From contig CAMAXY010000001.1 of the NCBI GenBank assembly GCA_945862215.1, positions 74,564 to 138,563 on the forward strand: a stretch of 64,000 nucleotides of DNA. The letters run 5' to 3'. The notes below the pieces were generated by a model. That model was given only the letters and a program-made list of their open reading frames with translations. It had not been told where the DNA came from and searched no databases. Below, piece after piece: positions 46,437 to 56,019 of the stretch (the stretch's first letter is position 1; the number at the start of each line of letters is the position of its first letter). Both the position numbers and the translations under genes were made by a program. The DNA is from Singulisphaera sp. GP187 (GTDB lineage Bacteria; Planctomycetota; Phycisphaerae; Phycisphaerales; SM1A02).

Positions 46437-47612
46437 GTGCAACATTCCCGTGCAATCGCACATATTGATCTTGATGCGTTTTATGCCAGCGTCGAACAGA
46501 TGGATGATCCGAGTTGTGCGGGACTTCCAGTGCTTGTCGGCGGTGAAGGTGCGCGCAGCGTTGTCAGCGCAGCAAGTTATGAAGCAAGAGCATTCGGATG
46601 TCGATCTGCAATGCCGATGGGCGAAGCACGACGCCGTTGTCCAAGCGCGATCATTCGACCAGTTCGAATGCGGCGTTATCAGGAACTTTCCGATGTGTTC
46701 ATGGATGTTCTGCAAAGTTTTTCGCCATTGGTGGAATCTCTTTCGCTTGATGAAGCATTCGTTGATTTGTCTGGAACCCAACGACTCTTTGGCGCTCCTG
46801 CTGAAACGGTTGTGCGAATTGTCGCACGCGTGCATGAAGCAACCGGTTTGAATTGTTCGATTGGATTGGCGCCATCAAAATTTGTTGCGAAGATTGCGTC
46901 GGATTTACGCAAGCCGTGCGGAGTGGTGATCGTCGAAAGCGACGCGTTGATGCAGTTTCTTGCACCACTGGATATCTCGCGAATGTGGGGAGTTGGACCA
47001 GTTGCAGAGGAGCGATTTCGCAGGCAGGGCTATGCAACCTTTGCAGATTTGCAGCGGGTGAGTGAAGCAAAAGTTTTTGGAGATCTTGGTGATGCGGGAC
47101 GACATGCGTGGCAACTTGCGCAAGGAATTGACGCGCGCGATGTTGTTCCAGAGCGAGCGCCCAAAAGCATTGGTCAAGAGGAAACATTCGAGAAGGACAC
47201 GCTCGATATCGATCGACTTCGGCAGGTGTTGCTTGGTCAGACTGAAACCGTTGCAAGAAGACTTCGGCGGCAGGGGCTTGCTGCGCGCACCGTCACTGTG
47301 AAGTTGCGATTTTCAGATTTTCAGACTGTGACAAGACGAGCAACGTTTTCTGTAGCGACGAATATTGGACTGAAATTCTGGTCGAGCGCGCGTGAGTTAT
47401 TTGACCAGTGGGCTTCGAAAGAAGCGCAACCGTTGCGATTGATCGGTGTCAGTCTTGGCGGTCTTGAAGCGCAGACTCATATCGCTGAACTCTTCCCGGA
47501 TCCAGTGATGGATCGGCAGCGGCGACTTGATGGCGCAGCGGATGCGATCCGCGCCAAATTTGGTGTCGAGGCAGTCAACCGAGCTGCTGCAATTGTGCGA
47601 AGCGAAGAGTGA
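46437..47612 (+). CDS. dinB: DNA polymerase IV
   Basis: IAHIDLDAFYASVEQ, SLDEAFVDL and HhH/little-finger regions. The GTG at 46437 was chosen because the track start (TTG at 46380) overlaps murG. Confidence 0.85.
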   Translation: MQHSRAIAHIDLDAFYASVEQMDDPSCAGLPVLVGGEGARSVVSAASYEARAFGCRSAMPMGEARRRCPSAIIRPVRMRRYQELSDVFMDVLQSFSPLVESLSLDEAFVDLSGTQRLFGAPAETVVRIVARVHEATGLNCSIGLAPSKFVAKIASDLRKPCGVVIVESDALMQFLAPLDISRMWGVGPVAEERFRRQGYATFADLQRVSEAKVFGDLGDAGRHAWQLAQGIDARDVVPERAPKSIGQEETFEKDTLDIDRLRQVLLGQTETVARRLRRQGLAARTVTVKLRFSDFQTVTRRATFSVATNIGLKFWSSARELFDQWASKEAQPLRLIGVSLGGLEAQTHIAELFPDPVMDRQRRLDGAADAIRAKFGVEAVNRAAAIVRSEE

Positions 47613-47645
47613 TCGAATGCAGGTGACTTCGCTATCCTCTAATGC

Positions 47646-49115
47646 ATGATCCTTGCTGTTTCTTCTCTTGATGCGTGGTTGACATTCGTCGGAACATTGC
47701 ATCCTGCGGTTCTTCACTTTCCAATTGCGCTGGGCATTGTCGCTGCAATTGTCGAATTATGGGGTGCAGTGCGTCGTGATCCAGGGCCTTCTTCATTCGC
47801 GTTGACTGCGGTGTGGTTCGCCGCAATTGTTGCAGTGGTGACCGCGACGAGCGGGTGGTTTAATGCGGAATTCCTGAATCAGGGACTCTCGCTGAATCTG
47901 TTTCTACATCGTTGGATTGGGATTGCTGCTGCAGTTCTCTTAATAGTTCTTGCGATCAGCGGGTCGATCATTCGTGCTCGACCGAAGACCAGTTTGTCTG
48001 GCGCGTGGCGAATGGCGTTGTTGGCAACTGCTGGGGCTTTAGGTTTTACTGGTCATCTTGGTGGATCGATGGTTTATGGCGATGGTTACATCACCGATGC
48101 GTTGTGGGCTGCGATCGACCAAACCGAAAAGTCGCAACGAGATTCAGCGGCGAATGCTGCGAAAGCGCAATTAGGAATTGTGGAGACGCCTCAGGTTGCA
48201 ACTGCTGTTTCGGAAATAGCAGTGCCCGCACCAGTTTCGCCCGCACCAGTAGTTCTGAGCGCTGGAGGAAAGTCGTCTGTTGATTTCAGTAAGCAAATCG
48301 TGCCAATCTTGACTGCGAATTGTTATGAATGTCACGGCAACGGAAAGCACAAAGGTGGCGTTCATCTTGATGATTGGAAATGGATGACAACTGAGCGAAA
48401 GGGCGAGTGGGCGGTGAAGCCCGGCGATCCCGCGGCGAGTTTGTTAGTGACCAACATCGAATTGCCAGAGAGCGATGACTCTGCGATGCCACCAACGGGC
48501 AAACGGGTTTCTTCTGCAGACATTGCGCTCATTCGCGAATGGATTGTTCAAGGCGCATCTCCTGGAGATGTAGTTTCGCCAGGCGCGGTCTCTGACAATC
48601 GTTGGTCGTTGCCAGAGCGATCTTTGACTCCAGATGAATTGGCTCGCATTCAAGCGCAGACTCCGGTGATGGCGCAGTTTGGAGTGACTGTGCAACCGCT
48701 TGCTCAAGGCAGTTCAAATTTTGAAGCGAATGCCAGTCTCGCTGCGCCGCCGATTGGTGATGCGCAGGTGGAGAAGTTGGTTTCTTTGGCAGATTTTCTT
48801 GTTGTGCTGAATCTAGCCAACAGCGCGATTTCAGATTTGGTGGGTTCATTCATCGTGCAGTTTCAATCTCTGCGGGTTATTCGAATCGATCACACGCAAG
48901 CGGGTGATCAAGTCGCAGAACGCTTGGCGGGAATGCAGAAGTTGGAATCCATCAACTTTGTTGCGACGAAATTGACAGACGCAGGGTTGGCATCTTTGAC
49001 GAAATTGAAGTCGCTTCGGCGACTCTATATTTGGTCGAGTGAAACAACTCCTGAGGGATCGAAGCAGTTCCGTATTGATCGACCTGATGTGCAGTTGATT
49101 GACGGTCAAGAATAA
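47646..49115 (+). CDS. membrane protein: DUF2231-like N-terminal domain + PSCyt1 (planctomycete cytochrome c) + leucine-rich repeats
   Basis: LHPAVLHFPIALGIV plus several TM helices, then CYECHGNGKHKGGVHLDD (CxxCH haem motif in PSCyt1 context). The C-terminus has LRR-like LxxLxL repeats (LESINFVATKLTDAGLASLTKLKSLRRLYIW). Confidence 0.7.
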   Translation: MILAVSSLDAWLTFVGTLHPAVLHFPIALGIVAAIVELWGAVRRDPGPSSFALTAVWFAAIVAVVTATSGWFNAEFLNQGLSLNLFLHRWIGIAAAVLLIVLAISGSIIRARPKTSLSGAWRMALLATAGALGFTGHLGGSMVYGDGYITDALWAAIDQTEKSQRDSAANAAKAQLGIVETPQVATAVSEIAVPAPVSPAPVVLSAGGKSSVDFSKQIVPILTANCYECHGNGKHKGGVHLDDWKWMTTERKGEWAVKPGDPAASLLVTNIELPESDDSAMPPTGKRVSSADIALIREWIVQGASPGDVVSPGAVSDNRWSLPERSLTPDELARIQAQTPVMAQFGVTVQPLAQGSSNFEANASLAAPPIGDAQVEKLVSLADFLVVLNLANSAISDLVGSFIVQFQSLRVIRIDHTQAGDQVAERLAGMQKLESINFVATKLTDAGLASLTKLKSLRRLYIWSSETTPEGSKQFRIDRPDVQLIDGQE

Positions 49116-49127
49116 ATTGCTGATGGA

Positions 49128-51017
49128 TTATTCCGCTCGCTGCGTAATCGGAGCGAGTATTTGTCGCAATGTCTTATATGCAGCGCCAGCGGATTTGCCA
49201 TCAATTGTGGATGAAGGCGCATCTGACTCTGAGAGAGAAGCAGAGTTGGGTTGATGATCAAAAGCGATTTGTTGCGAAAGCATGAGTACTCCTGGATCGG
49301 CGCCAAAGATTGTGTGTAAAAGTGGGTCAGCGCACCAGACTTTCAGTTGTGCGCAAGCAAGTTTCCAGATTTCTGCGTCGGGAGAATCTAAAGACGACCG
49401 CAAAAGTCCTGCGTCGGCAATGTCGAGAGCGGCCCAAAAACGACCCGTGCCAGTCGCCGCCAAACATGCGGCAACCAATGCATCGCTTGGCAAATCTGCC
49501 GCTGCAAGCGCGTGGCGAACTCGGATTGCGTTTATTGCAGAAACGGGCGCGTGGCCTAAGGTGAGCGATTCAGCAAAGGTTTCAAGCGCGGCCAGATCAT
49601 GATTTTCAAGTCCATCGTTTCTGCGAAGGTCTTGCGCACGATTGATTGTCGACATCAGATTTGCAACCTCTGCGCGCATTGCGAAGTTCCAAGCATTCGC
49701 AGCGAGACGAGCGCGAAGCAAAGATTTGCCGGAGTCGGTTTTCGATTCAATTGCCAAATCTTTTTCATCGAATTCGCTGGCGAAAAGTGTGGGTGAAGAA
49801 GATGAACCTTGTGCTTGACGAATTCGCGTGATTGCGTCGATCCATAATGACTGCGTGGATTGCGAATCAATGTTTGAAGGTGCTTCGTCGGAGTCTTGGA
49901 CAAACGAATGCAACAACGCATGTGCGACTTCTTGTTTGTTGATGACAAGCGCAATTTTTCTGGGAAGAAAAGTTCCACTTGGAATTCCCAATTGTTCTTC
50001 TTGAGACGCTTCGAAAGAGATCGTCACGACTGTGTCGGCGGCGACGATTGGCACGATGACCACTGGACGCCCAATGGGTAAAGTTTTTCCGTCGACTCCA
50101 TCCACTTTGACTATGAATCCAGCGCGCCGAATCGCAGAGCACGCGCGAAGTGTGATGGAGAGGATCCACTCGCTGTCATTCGTGCCAGACCAACGAATGA
50201 TGCGCGGGGTCGAACGCTCAGTTGCTCCCGCAAGAAGTGTTGCAGTGTCTGGCAGAATTTGCCCATCGCGTCGAGCCCAATGCCATGCACGCAGAGTGTC
50301 GAACAAGTCGTACGCATCTCCAACATGGTCGAAGATGGGCTCTTGCGCTGGCCACTTCATTGACCAGTCAGCAGATTCTTGGATCACTCGAAGGCGCATC
50401 AATTCATTGTTCCAACTTAGGAGTGTTCTGTCGGGCGGCATAGGGAAATCCACTCCGCGCTGCGCGAGATTTGGTTCGTACCACGCGGTGAGCATTTTTG
50501 TTTCCGATGCACGAACCTCACATTCCCATTCAATCGCAGGGGGTACTTCGGATCCTGCTGCGAAGAGCCTTTGCGCGAGATACGAAAATCGAATTGACTT
50601 GTGCTGACGCTTTATCAGAGAGCACCCATCAATGATTTTCTGCGGAGTGTTCTCCGCGTCGAGTGTCAATGCGTTTGATCGCCCATACGCATCATCGAGA
50701 AGTGCCATCCAATGCGATGTCGGCTCGCCTCGCATGATGTCGTTGATGAGCAGCGCTGGAGCAAGAGACCAATCAACAGAAAGTTTGCGCCCAACCAACA
50801 TCGCATGATCTTCTTGCGCAAAGTTTGCTTGCATATTTTTAACAACATCTATGAATGCTCCGTGGAGGGGAGTGCGCGCATCTGTCGGCACTCCCTCTCC
50901 CGAAGCCACTTGGGTCGAAGCCACTTGCTTCGACGCGAGCCCCGACGCCGCCTGCCCCACACAGGCGACGCACGCGACATAAATCCCGAGTTGCTTGAAA
51001 AGTTGTGTCTCGTTCAA
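49128..51017 (-). CDS. hypothetical protein (629 aa, hydrophobic N-terminus)
   Basis: Long uninterrupted ORF with no motif I recognise. Its TTG start overlaps the stop of the upstream gene (TTGA). Protein-like composition and tight operon packing support coding. Confidence 0.5.
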   Translation of the reverse strand: MNETQLFKQLGIYVACVACVGQAASGLASKQVASTQVASGEGVPTDARTPLHGAFIDVVKNMQANFAQEDHAMLVGRKLSVDWSLAPALLINDIMRGEPTSHWMALLDDAYGRSNALTLDAENTPQKIIDGCSLIKRQHKSIRFSYLAQRLFAAGSEVPPAIEWECEVRASETKMLTAWYEPNLAQRGVDFPMPPDRTLLSWNNELMRLRVIQESADWSMKWPAQEPIFDHVGDAYDLFDTLRAWHWARRDGQILPDTATLLAGATERSTPRIIRWSGTNDSEWILSITLRACSAIRRAGFIVKVDGVDGKTLPIGRPVVIVPIVAADTVVTISFEASQEEQLGIPSGTFLPRKIALVINKQEVAHALLHSFVQDSDEAPSNIDSQSTQSLWIDAITRIRQAQGSSSSPTLFASEFDEKDLAIESKTDSGKSLLRARLAANAWNFAMRAEVANLMSTINRAQDLRRNDGLENHDLAALETFAESLTLGHAPVSAINAIRVRHALAAADLPSDALVAACLAATGTGRFWAALDIADAGLLRSSLDSPDAEIWKLACAQLKVWCADPLLHTIFGADPGVLMLSQQIAFDHQPNSASLSESDAPSSTIDGKSAGAAYKTLRQILAPITQRAE

Positions 51018-51985
51018 TGGATCAACAGCGTGAGAGCTGCCTCTGCCGAGCCTGACGCCGACCCATTTTCATCGACTGTAACGGCAGTCGTAGTGACAAC
51101 AGTTCCAGCCCAATTTGCTGCGATTGGCAGATTTGTCAGAGCGCAATACGTTCGATCTGGCAAGACTACGAAAGTCAGCGCTCCAGTTGCCGACCCTTGA
51201 CCGTTTACCGTCCAACTTGATTGGGAAGAGATCGACCCGCTGACGTGTGAACTTGCAAGTGCAACATCGGCGCCGAAGTTGCCGTCAATCTTCGAGAGAT
51301 GAGTGATATTGTCATACGTAACCGTCCCGCGGATTTCCAAGTTTGAAAGTGATGCATAGGCTCTCCCACGGCTCATCGCCACACCAGCTGCTGTGGCAGT
51401 TGAAGATGCGCTGCATCCGAGTCGTGCTGCACAACTGTCACCGATTCCAAGACCGCCACTTCCAACCGCAGAAAGCAGAACTGAGCGTGCGCAGGGTGGA
51501 AATGTCCCGTGCCAAGTTTCCCTCCAACCGCCTATGAATTGTGCAAGTCTTGTTCCAGTTCGGCTACCGGCATGCCAGAAGGAACTGGAACCAGAAATTG
51601 AAATGCAAGCAGTTGCCGAACTTTCTGAGGCGGCAATCTGATAACTGGTACGCCACCCAACGAAATTTTCAGATCCTGCCCAAACACCCTGCATCCGAGC
51701 AGGTGGATTCATAACTGGAGTTCGATTCACTCGGACCCATTCGCCTGGGCCACATTGACAAATTTGCTGAATGGGATCTTCTGGTTTTTCATCCGGATCG
51801 CCACAAAGTCGCTCAATGTTTGGGCAGGGCGGTGGGCCTTCGGGCGGATGATCGGTCAATCGGGGCGATGCGCTCGCAGAATGAAGTATGGCGCATGATG
51901 CGGCGAGGCAGAGCGCCGTATGACGCGAAGCGTGCATGCCAGCAACTTGAAGACCAGAAGCATTTCGATTTTCACTACAATTCAT
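51014..51985 (-). CDS. hypothetical secreted protein, Cys-rich N-terminal part and Ser/Thr/Gly-rich beta-like C-terminal part
   Basis: The ATG at 51985 is preceded by AAGGAGG 6 nt upstream. It carries a signal-like MHASRHTALCLAASCAILHSASA. The track ORF extends to 52186 without support. Confidence 0.5.
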   Translation of the reverse strand: MNCSENRNASGLQVAGMHASRHTALCLAASCAILHSASASPRLTDHPPEGPPPCPNIERLCGDPDEKPEDPIQQICQCGPGEWVRVNRTPVMNPPARMQGVWAGSENFVGWRTSYQIAASESSATACISISGSSSFWHAGSRTGTRLAQFIGGWRETWHGTFPPCARSVLLSAVGSGGLGIGDSCAARLGCSASSTATAAGVAMSRGRAYASLSNLEIRGTVTYDNITHLSKIDGNFGADVALASSHVSGSISSQSSWTVNGQGSATGALTFVVLPDRTYCALTNLPIAANWAGTVVTTTAVTVDENGSASGSAEAALTLLIH

Positions 51986-52207
51986 AGAAGCCTCCTTTTC
52001 CTTGCGGATTTTCGTGCAAAAGACAGGCGACGCCGCCTGCGTCATCTGCACGGGATGCACAATATGAGTCCGCCAATGCGACTTAAAAAAAGAGCCTATT
52101 TTTCTTTGGAGAATTTTGGAAGAAATCTCGCATGTGTTGAGGGGATACCCCTCAAACTGACCAAGCCTGCACCCACATGCCCTCACCCAAAAACTTAAGC
52201 CACCAAC

Positions 52208-52549
52208 TTAAGCCTGCGGCGGCCGAGTTGGACTTTGAGCGTATGGATTCGATCCGTCTTGGGACTGCGTGTTGCCAGCATTGGACTGAGGATTAGACGG
52301 GAGCGCTGCGTTGCCATTCGAATTCGACGAGTTCCCAGGCGTAGGTGTGTTTGAAGAACTATTTACATCGGACTCAATACCAGCAAGTCCCTTCTTGAAC
52401 TCAACGATTGTCTTGCCGACTGAGCGACCAAGTTCTGGCAACCGGCGCCCGAAAATCAGAAGTCCTAGGACAAGCAGGATGCCAAGTTCCCAACCAGAAA
52501 AACCCCAAGCGAGAGTCAAGGCGAGAATGTCGGTGTGAAGTAGTGTCAT
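52208..52549 (-). CDS. tatA: twin-arginine translocase TatA/TatE family subunit with Asn/Ser/Gln-rich tail
   Basis: GILLVLGLLIFGRRLPELGRSVGKTIVEFKKG is the canonical TatA TM plus amphipathic helix. The start is taken at the MTLLH methionine (52549). Confidence 0.8.
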   Translation of the reverse strand: MTLLHTDILALTLAWGFSGWELGILLVLGLLIFGRRLPELGRSVGKTIVEFKKGLAGIESDVNSSSNTPTPGNSSNSNGNAALPSNPQSNAGNTQSQDGSNPYAQSPTRPPQA

Positions 52550-52640
52550 AGAGTTTGCTCCAAATAGTTTTCCAACACAAAGCATACACATTGGTTCGAT
52601 TCAATCACTGAAATCGCTTGAGATTTGGTATCCTTAAAAT

Positions 52641-53921
52641 ATGCAAGGATGCAAACACATTATCGGCATTTCTATTCTCGCCCTCGCCAATTTCGCCTTC
52701 CAAGGCTGCGAGACACCTCCCGAACCGACACCAACAGCAGACTTTGCCCATCAGCTCGCTCCTGGTGAGTGTGCGCTGCGAAAACTTGGACCAGACGAAG
52801 CGTGGCCAGATTTAACTGGTGCGTGGAAATCACGCGACGCATATTTGCAAGAAGCGCTGGCGCAAGATCAGACGTGGTACGAAAGTCCATCAAGTCGTTC
52901 TCGTTTCCCGCAGATGTTTCCGTTTCCAGATGTCTGCACTTGGGATCAAGCATCGTCGAGCATCATTGCCTTTCGTCAGATTCTCAACGACAACGCAGAT
53001 CAAGCGGCATTCACCAGTGCTTTCAAACAAATGTTTGATTGTTGGCAGACCAAAGGTTGGAACGGAAAAGGCGGCGTGCTCTTTACCGGATATTTTTCGC
53101 CAGAATTTAAGGCGAGTTTGACAAAGGTGCCTGGATTTGAATTTCCAGTTTATAAACGACCAAAGGATCTTGAAACCGACCCAGTCACTGGCAAAGCAAT
53201 TGGTCGACGCGTTTCAGAGAGCGAAGTCGTTCCATGGCCAAGTCGTGCAGAAATCAATTCCAGTGGAATGCTGAAAGGATTAGAGCTTGCATGGTTTCCG
53301 ACTGCACTCGATGCGTACATCGTGCAGATCAATGGAAGCGCAAAACTTTTATTGCCAGGCGGGAAAGTTATGTTTATTGGATACGCCGGCGCAACGGATG
53401 GCGAATATGTTGGACTCGGGGCGAGTCTTGTGAAGGAGGGAATGATTCCTGCGAATCAATTGAACCTGACTGCGATTCGTAGGCTCTACGAAAAAGATCC
53501 AGCAACAGTCGAAAAGATGATCGACCTAAATAATCGGTTTGTGTTTTTTCAGAATTATGACGGGAAAACATGGCCTGCCGGCAGTCTTGGTGTGAAGGTC
53601 ACGGACAAGGTGACTGTTGCAACAGATAAGAGCGTCTATCCGCCGGGTGGATTGATGTTTGTCGACACGCAAGCAAGCACATATAGCGGATCGAAGCAAC
53701 CTTTCCAGAGATTTATGCTCGATCAAGACACTGGCGGAGCGATTCGCGCACCAGGTCGCGCAGACATCTTTATGGGAATTGGTCCATCCGCGGAAATTCT
53801 CGCTGGCGGTCAATACTGCGAAGGCACGCTTTATTATTTCTTCTTGAAGCCTGAGTATGTTTCGCAGTATCCGCTTCCAGCGAAGAAGGCCAAAGCACCG
53901 GCTGCTGGAAAAACAGGTTAA
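52641..53921 (+). CDS. mltA: murein transglycosylase A-like lytic transglycosylase (lipoprotein)
   Basis: Lipobox-like AFQGC, an MltA-specific domain, and a C-terminal 3D domain (DTGGAIRAPGRADIFMGIG). Confidence 0.8.
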   Translation: MQGCKHIIGISILALANFAFQGCETPPEPTPTADFAHQLAPGECALRKLGPDEAWPDLTGAWKSRDAYLQEALAQDQTWYESPSSRSRFPQMFPFPDVCTWDQASSSIIAFRQILNDNADQAAFTSAFKQMFDCWQTKGWNGKGGVLFTGYFSPEFKASLTKVPGFEFPVYKRPKDLETDPVTGKAIGRRVSESEVVPWPSRAEINSSGMLKGLELAWFPTALDAYIVQINGSAKLLLPGGKVMFIGYAGATDGEYVGLGASLVKEGMIPANQLNLTAIRRLYEKDPATVEKMIDLNNRFVFFQNYDGKTWPAGSLGVKVTDKVTVATDKSVYPPGGLMFVDTQASTYSGSKQPFQRFMLDQDTGGAIRAPGRADIFMGIGPSAEILAGGQYCEGTLYYFFLKPEYVSQYPLPAKKAKAPAAGKTG

Positions 53922-54985
53922 TAGTCGCGGCGGACAAAGATCACGGTCGCAAGACCGAGAACGATTCCTTCGAAGACGAGACTTGTTCCCAAGACCCACC
54001 AAATGGAGTGGGATTGTTCGTCTGCTTTCACTGCGCGTTGGAATTCACCACGCTTCACACGCTTGGGTCCAAATGCCTGTTGAGGACCACGCTCGGATTC
54101 TTCATTTCGACTTGGCATGGATGCACCGTCGAGCAGCCATCGATCAAGAAGTTTCAATGTATCGGTGGTCTTTGGCAAGAATGTCTTGACGCCGAAGAAC
54201 CAGAAATGAGCTCGATCCCAAGTTGGACGATTTGCAAGTGTCTTCTCTAAGTCACCTGTGAGTTCTTCACGCTTGTCTTCATCAACGGGATTTTCGGTGT
54301 TTGCCAATTCGGATTCGATCTTTGTCGCTTCCATTTGATTTGCGATTCGCCCGCTGTTGACAATTGATTCTGAAATGTTGATCGTAAAAATGATCGTCCA
54401 TGCAAGCAGTGTCAAGATCAGCGATGCAACTGACGACCGAGTCAAGACGCCAATGAATGCGCACATGCTGAAAAGAAGGCTATAAAAGAAGGTCACGATA
54501 GGAACTGCGGCGAAGAGCGCCCATTCCCACGCGCCACCTCGCAGGCCGATGACGAAAAAACTTGCTGTCGAAAAAACGAAAACTTGCAGTGCTGCGAAGA
54601 GCAGTCCCGTGCAATACTTCGTCAGAAAGAGTCGCGAGCGAGTTATTGGCTTTGCAAGCAATAGATCAATTGATCCTGGTGCAACGAGATCTGGGATAAT
54701 CCCACAGGTTGTCACCAATGCCAACAGCGTTGAAAGAACGCCGAGCCACCAATCGACACCGAGATTGACGAAAAGTAATTTATAAAAAGTTTCTGGCGAA
54801 GTTGTATTCGTACTGAACATTGGGCTCTCGAATGTCCAGCCGAGAAAACTGATTCCAGTTTCGTTGATGCCCAGGCATGCGAAGAGGCCGACGACAAGCA
54901 AACTGATTGCAAGAGCAAGCCAGAATATTTTTCGAGCGCTCAATTCGCGATATGCCCCAACGAAGATTGCAACAGTCTGCATCAT
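53918..54985 (-). CDS. ABC-2-type transporter permease
   Basis: Six predicted TM helices downstream of the ABC ATPase. The ATG at 54985 overlaps the ATPase stop (ATGA). The 478-aa track ORF is a 5' read-through. Confidence 0.65.
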   Translation of the reverse strand: MMQTVAIFVGAYRELSARKIFWLALAISLLVVGLFACLGINETGISFLGWTFESPMFSTNTTSPETFYKLLFVNLGVDWWLGVLSTLLALVTTCGIIPDLVAPGSIDLLLAKPITRSRLFLTKYCTGLLFAALQVFVFSTASFFVIGLRGGAWEWALFAAVPIVTFFYSLLFSMCAFIGVLTRSSVASLILTLLAWTIIFTINISESIVNSGRIANQMEATKIESELANTENPVDEDKREELTGDLEKTLANRPTWDRAHFWFFGVKTFLPKTTDTLKLLDRWLLDGASMPSRNEESERGPQQAFGPKRVKRGEFQRAVKADEQSHSIWWVLGTSLVFEGIVLGLATVIFVRRDY

Positions 54986-56019
54986 GTCGCGGCTCCGGGT
55001 CGATAAATCAAACCCGTTGTTGGGTCGGTCACTGCACGCATAAATAAATCTTCGAGCGATTCGCGAACGGTTTGTGCTGCGATCACGGTGCGTTGTTCGG
55101 AGCGAAGTCGATCCAAGATCGGCTGGGCGCCAAGTGCATCGAGCCCGAGGAAGACAAGCCTGCAGGATTCGCCTGGAATTCCAGCGGAAAGCATCTGTCC
55201 TGCGGGGATCATGCGGACGCTGGCGGATTCTGCGCACCATGCTGGCGCAGAACCTTCGACGACGATTTCGTATCGCCGACTTGATGAAGTGAGCTCGTCG
55301 ATTGTCCCCTGAGCGACCAAGCGTCCTTGCACCAGAATCGCAACGCGACTGCACACATTTTCGATCTCAGAGAGCAGATGAGAATTCAAGAGAACTGTGC
55401 GGCCTTCGTCACGAATTCCGATCAGCAAGTCGCGAATTTCTCGGCGCCCAACTGGGTCGACACCATCGGTTGGTTCGTCGAGCACGACGAGTTGTGGATC
55501 ATTCACAAGCGCGGCAGCGAGTCCAACGCGTTGTCGCATTCCTTTGGAGTAAGAACTGAGCGGTCGATCTTTCCAATCGCCCATTCCAACACGATCAAGC
55601 AATTCGCTTGCGCGTTTCTTTCGCGTCGGTCGGTCAACCTTTGACATTGCGCCGCTGAATTCCACGACTTGGCGTCCAGTCAGATATGTCGGGAAACGAT
55701 GGTGTTCTGGCAGATATCCAATTCGTGCCAGTGCGACAGGATCGCCGACTCCACGATTCAAGACAGTTCCCTTTGCTGTATCGGGGCGCACAATGGTCAT
55801 CATGATCTTGACGAGCGTGCTTTTCCCAGCGCCGTTTGGGCCAAGAAGTCCGAAGATTTCTCCTGCGCGAACTTGAAGTGTCACGCCTTGTAGCGCGCGG
55901 ATTTTTCGTCCATATGTCTTGTGGACATCGGTCAAGTCGATTGCTAAATCGTTGGCCAAGTCAATGGCAGAGTTGTTGATTGCGTTCGGTGAAGAAACCA
56001 TGGATTGAAATTCGCTCAC
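54982..56019 (-). CDS. ABC transporter ATP-binding protein (ABC-2/exporter type) with C-terminal extra domain
   Basis: Walker A GPNGAGKST, signature YSKGMRQRVGLAAAL, Walker B LVVLDEPTDGVDP. Confidence 0.85.
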   Translation of the reverse strand: MSEFQSMVSSPNAINNSAIDLANDLAIDLTDVHKTYGRKIRALQGVTLQVRAGEIFGLLGPNGAGKSTLVKIMMTIVRPDTAKGTVLNRGVGDPVALARIGYLPEHHRFPTYLTGRQVVEFSGAMSKVDRPTRKKRASELLDRVGMGDWKDRPLSSYSKGMRQRVGLAAALVNDPQLVVLDEPTDGVDPVGRREIRDLLIGIRDEGRTVLLNSHLLSEIENVCSRVAILVQGRLVAQGTIDELTSSSRRYEIVVEGSAPAWCAESASVRMIPAGQMLSAGIPGESCRLVFLGLDALGAQPILDRLRSEQRTVIAAQTVRESLEDLFMRAVTDPTTGLIYRPGAAT

